DNA from: Eledone cirrhosa
Taxonomy: Eukaryota
Assembly: GCA_964016885.1 (NCBI GenBank)
Contig: OZ024751.1
Span: forward strand, 11,966,001-12,030,000
Direction of reading: 5' to 3'
Length of the DNA: 64,000 bases
Of this stretch, positions 62,345-64,000 are shown in pieces. The notes below the pieces were generated by a model, which saw only the letters and a list, made by a program, of their open reading frames with translations, searched no databases and was not told the origin of the DNA. The position numbers were made by a program, and so were the translations under genes. The first letter of the stretch is position 1. Each line of letters begins with the position of its first letter.

Positions 62345-63050
62345 TGTTGCTCTAATCTTTGTTATTGTTGTTGTGGGTTCAGTTGTTGTCGTTGTTTTTG
62401 CTGCTATATCGTTGTTATTGTTGTCGTGGGGTCAGTTGTTGTCGTTGTTTTTGCTGCTATATCGTTGCTATTGTTGTTGTGGGGTCAGTTGTTGTCGTTG
62501 TTGTTGCTGCTATATCGTCATTATTGTTGTTGTAGTTGTTGTTGCTCTAATCTTTGTTATTGTTGTTGTGGGGTCAGTTGTTGTCGTTGTTTTTGCTGCT
62601 ATGTCGTCATTATTGTTGTTGTAGTTGTTGTTGCTCTAATCTTTGTTATTGTTATTGTGGGGTCAGTTGTTGTCGTTGTTTTTGCTGCTATGTCGTCATT
62701 ATTGTTGTTGTAGTTGTTGTTGCTCTAATCTTTGTTATTGTTGTTGTGGGGTCAGTTGTTGTCGTTGTTTTTGCTGCTATATCGTCATTATTGTTGTTGT
62801 AGTTGTTGTTGCTCTAATCTTTGTTATTGTTGTTGTGGGGTCAGTTGTTGTCGTTGTTTTTGCTGCTATGTCGTCATTATTGTTGTTGTAGTTGTTGTTG
62901 CTCTAATCTTTGTTATTGTTGTTGTGGAATCAGTTGTCGTAGTTTTTGCTGCCATATCGTTGTTATTGTTGTTGCTCTTATCTTTGTTATTGTTGTTGTG
63001 GGGTCAGTTGTCGTTGTTTTTGTTGCTATGTCGTCATTATTGTTGTAGAT
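62345..63050. repeat. 89-bp (GTT)-derived minisatellite
   Basis: Identical ORF starts at 62554, 62643, 62732 and 62821 give an 89-bp period. Confidence 0.95.
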
Positions 63051-63177
63051 GTTTTTGCCCTCATCTCTGACGATGTTTTTGCTGCTCTGTCGTTGTTATT
63101 GTTGTTATGGTGGTTATTGTTGTTTATGTCACACCATTAATAGTAGCGACATTCATAACAGAAAACAACAATAAGAA

Positions 63178-63360
63178 TAATTGTTTCTACTTATGGCACA
63201 AGGCCAGAAATTATCCCAGTGTATTACTGGTACGTTATTTTATCGACCCCGGTAAGGATGAAAGGCAAAGCTAACCTCGGCGGGATTTGAACTCAGAACG
63301 TAAATGGCCATAACTGTATGCTGCAAAGCAGGGTGTCTGACGCTCTACCGATACTGCCAA
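63178..63360 (-). mobile_element. tRNA-derived SINE
   Basis: Reverse complement of full SINE. Confidence 0.85.
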
Positions 63361-64000
63361 ATAATGGTTTCTGATTTAGGCACGTGACCAACAATTGTGT
63401 GTGGGGGGGGGGGGGGGGATTACCATCAGGATCTGATTGTTGCAGAAAACAGCCTTGCTATGAACATCAAGGATTCTAAGGAATGTGTTAGAAAGTTGAA
63501 GGAGAAGGGAATAATCCAAAGAACGTTCGGCCATTGGCTATGACTCACTCTTTTGGTATAGTGTCGATAGAACATCTACCAGAGCAATAGCATGATGATG
63601 AAGATAGCAACAAAAATAAAGATGATTACCCTCATGATTATGATGATGTTGGGGATGCTGATGGTGTTGTTAAAATGACAATAACAGTAATATAAATGGC
63701 AAAAATACTGAATTGTTTATTGGAAATTGTGGGATAGATTCTCATTTTTGTGTGTGTGTGTGGTAGGGGGGGGTTATATATACCACCACCATTAACAACA
63801 GCAACAGCACTAGCAGCAATATCAACAGCAGCAACAACAAAAACGTCAACATCAACAAACATATCATAAACAATAGCAGCAACATCAACATCATCAACAG
63901 CAATAATAGCACCATCGAAAGCAACCACAACAACAACTGCAACTACATCACATCAGCAACAACAATAACACCAGCAGTATGATCATCAACATCAACAACA

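Noticed and set aside
62345-63050. Regular repeat array resembling CRISPR or a Cys-rich protein
   Set aside because: Whole 89-bp units repeat with no unique spacers; 89 is not a multiple of 3; eukaryotic context with no cas genes

Overview
Eukaryotic, extremely AT- and microsatellite-rich intronic/intergenic DNA, most likely from an octopod cephalopod (inferred from the dominant tRNA-derived SINE and the repeat landscape). I can support no host protein-coding gene; almost all long ORFs in the track are translations of (TA)n/(TATG)n/(CAT)n/(GT)n repeats. The window holds remnants of several retroelement groups inserted into microsatellites: Penelope-like elements (PLEs; a frameshifted Hydra-type RT+GIY-YIG copy at 58.2-59.9 kb, a Hydra-type 3' end with an ~820-bp inverted pseudo-LTR at 23.7-26.0 kb, and other GIY-YIG fragments), two R4/Dong-like RLE fragments ending in (TACA)n, an RTE-derived ~610-bp non-autonomous element (3 copies), more than 15 SINE copies and a Tc1/mariner MITE. 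The most notable hidden layer is RNA structure: about a dozen hammerhead-ribozyme (HHR) motifs from roughly seven repeat families. One is an atypical HHR (CUGA-GA core, very long stem II) in the Hydra-type pseudo-LTR, whose 3' half recurs about 10 times as short, often palindromic inserts with recurring end points. All alignments and folds were done by eye.
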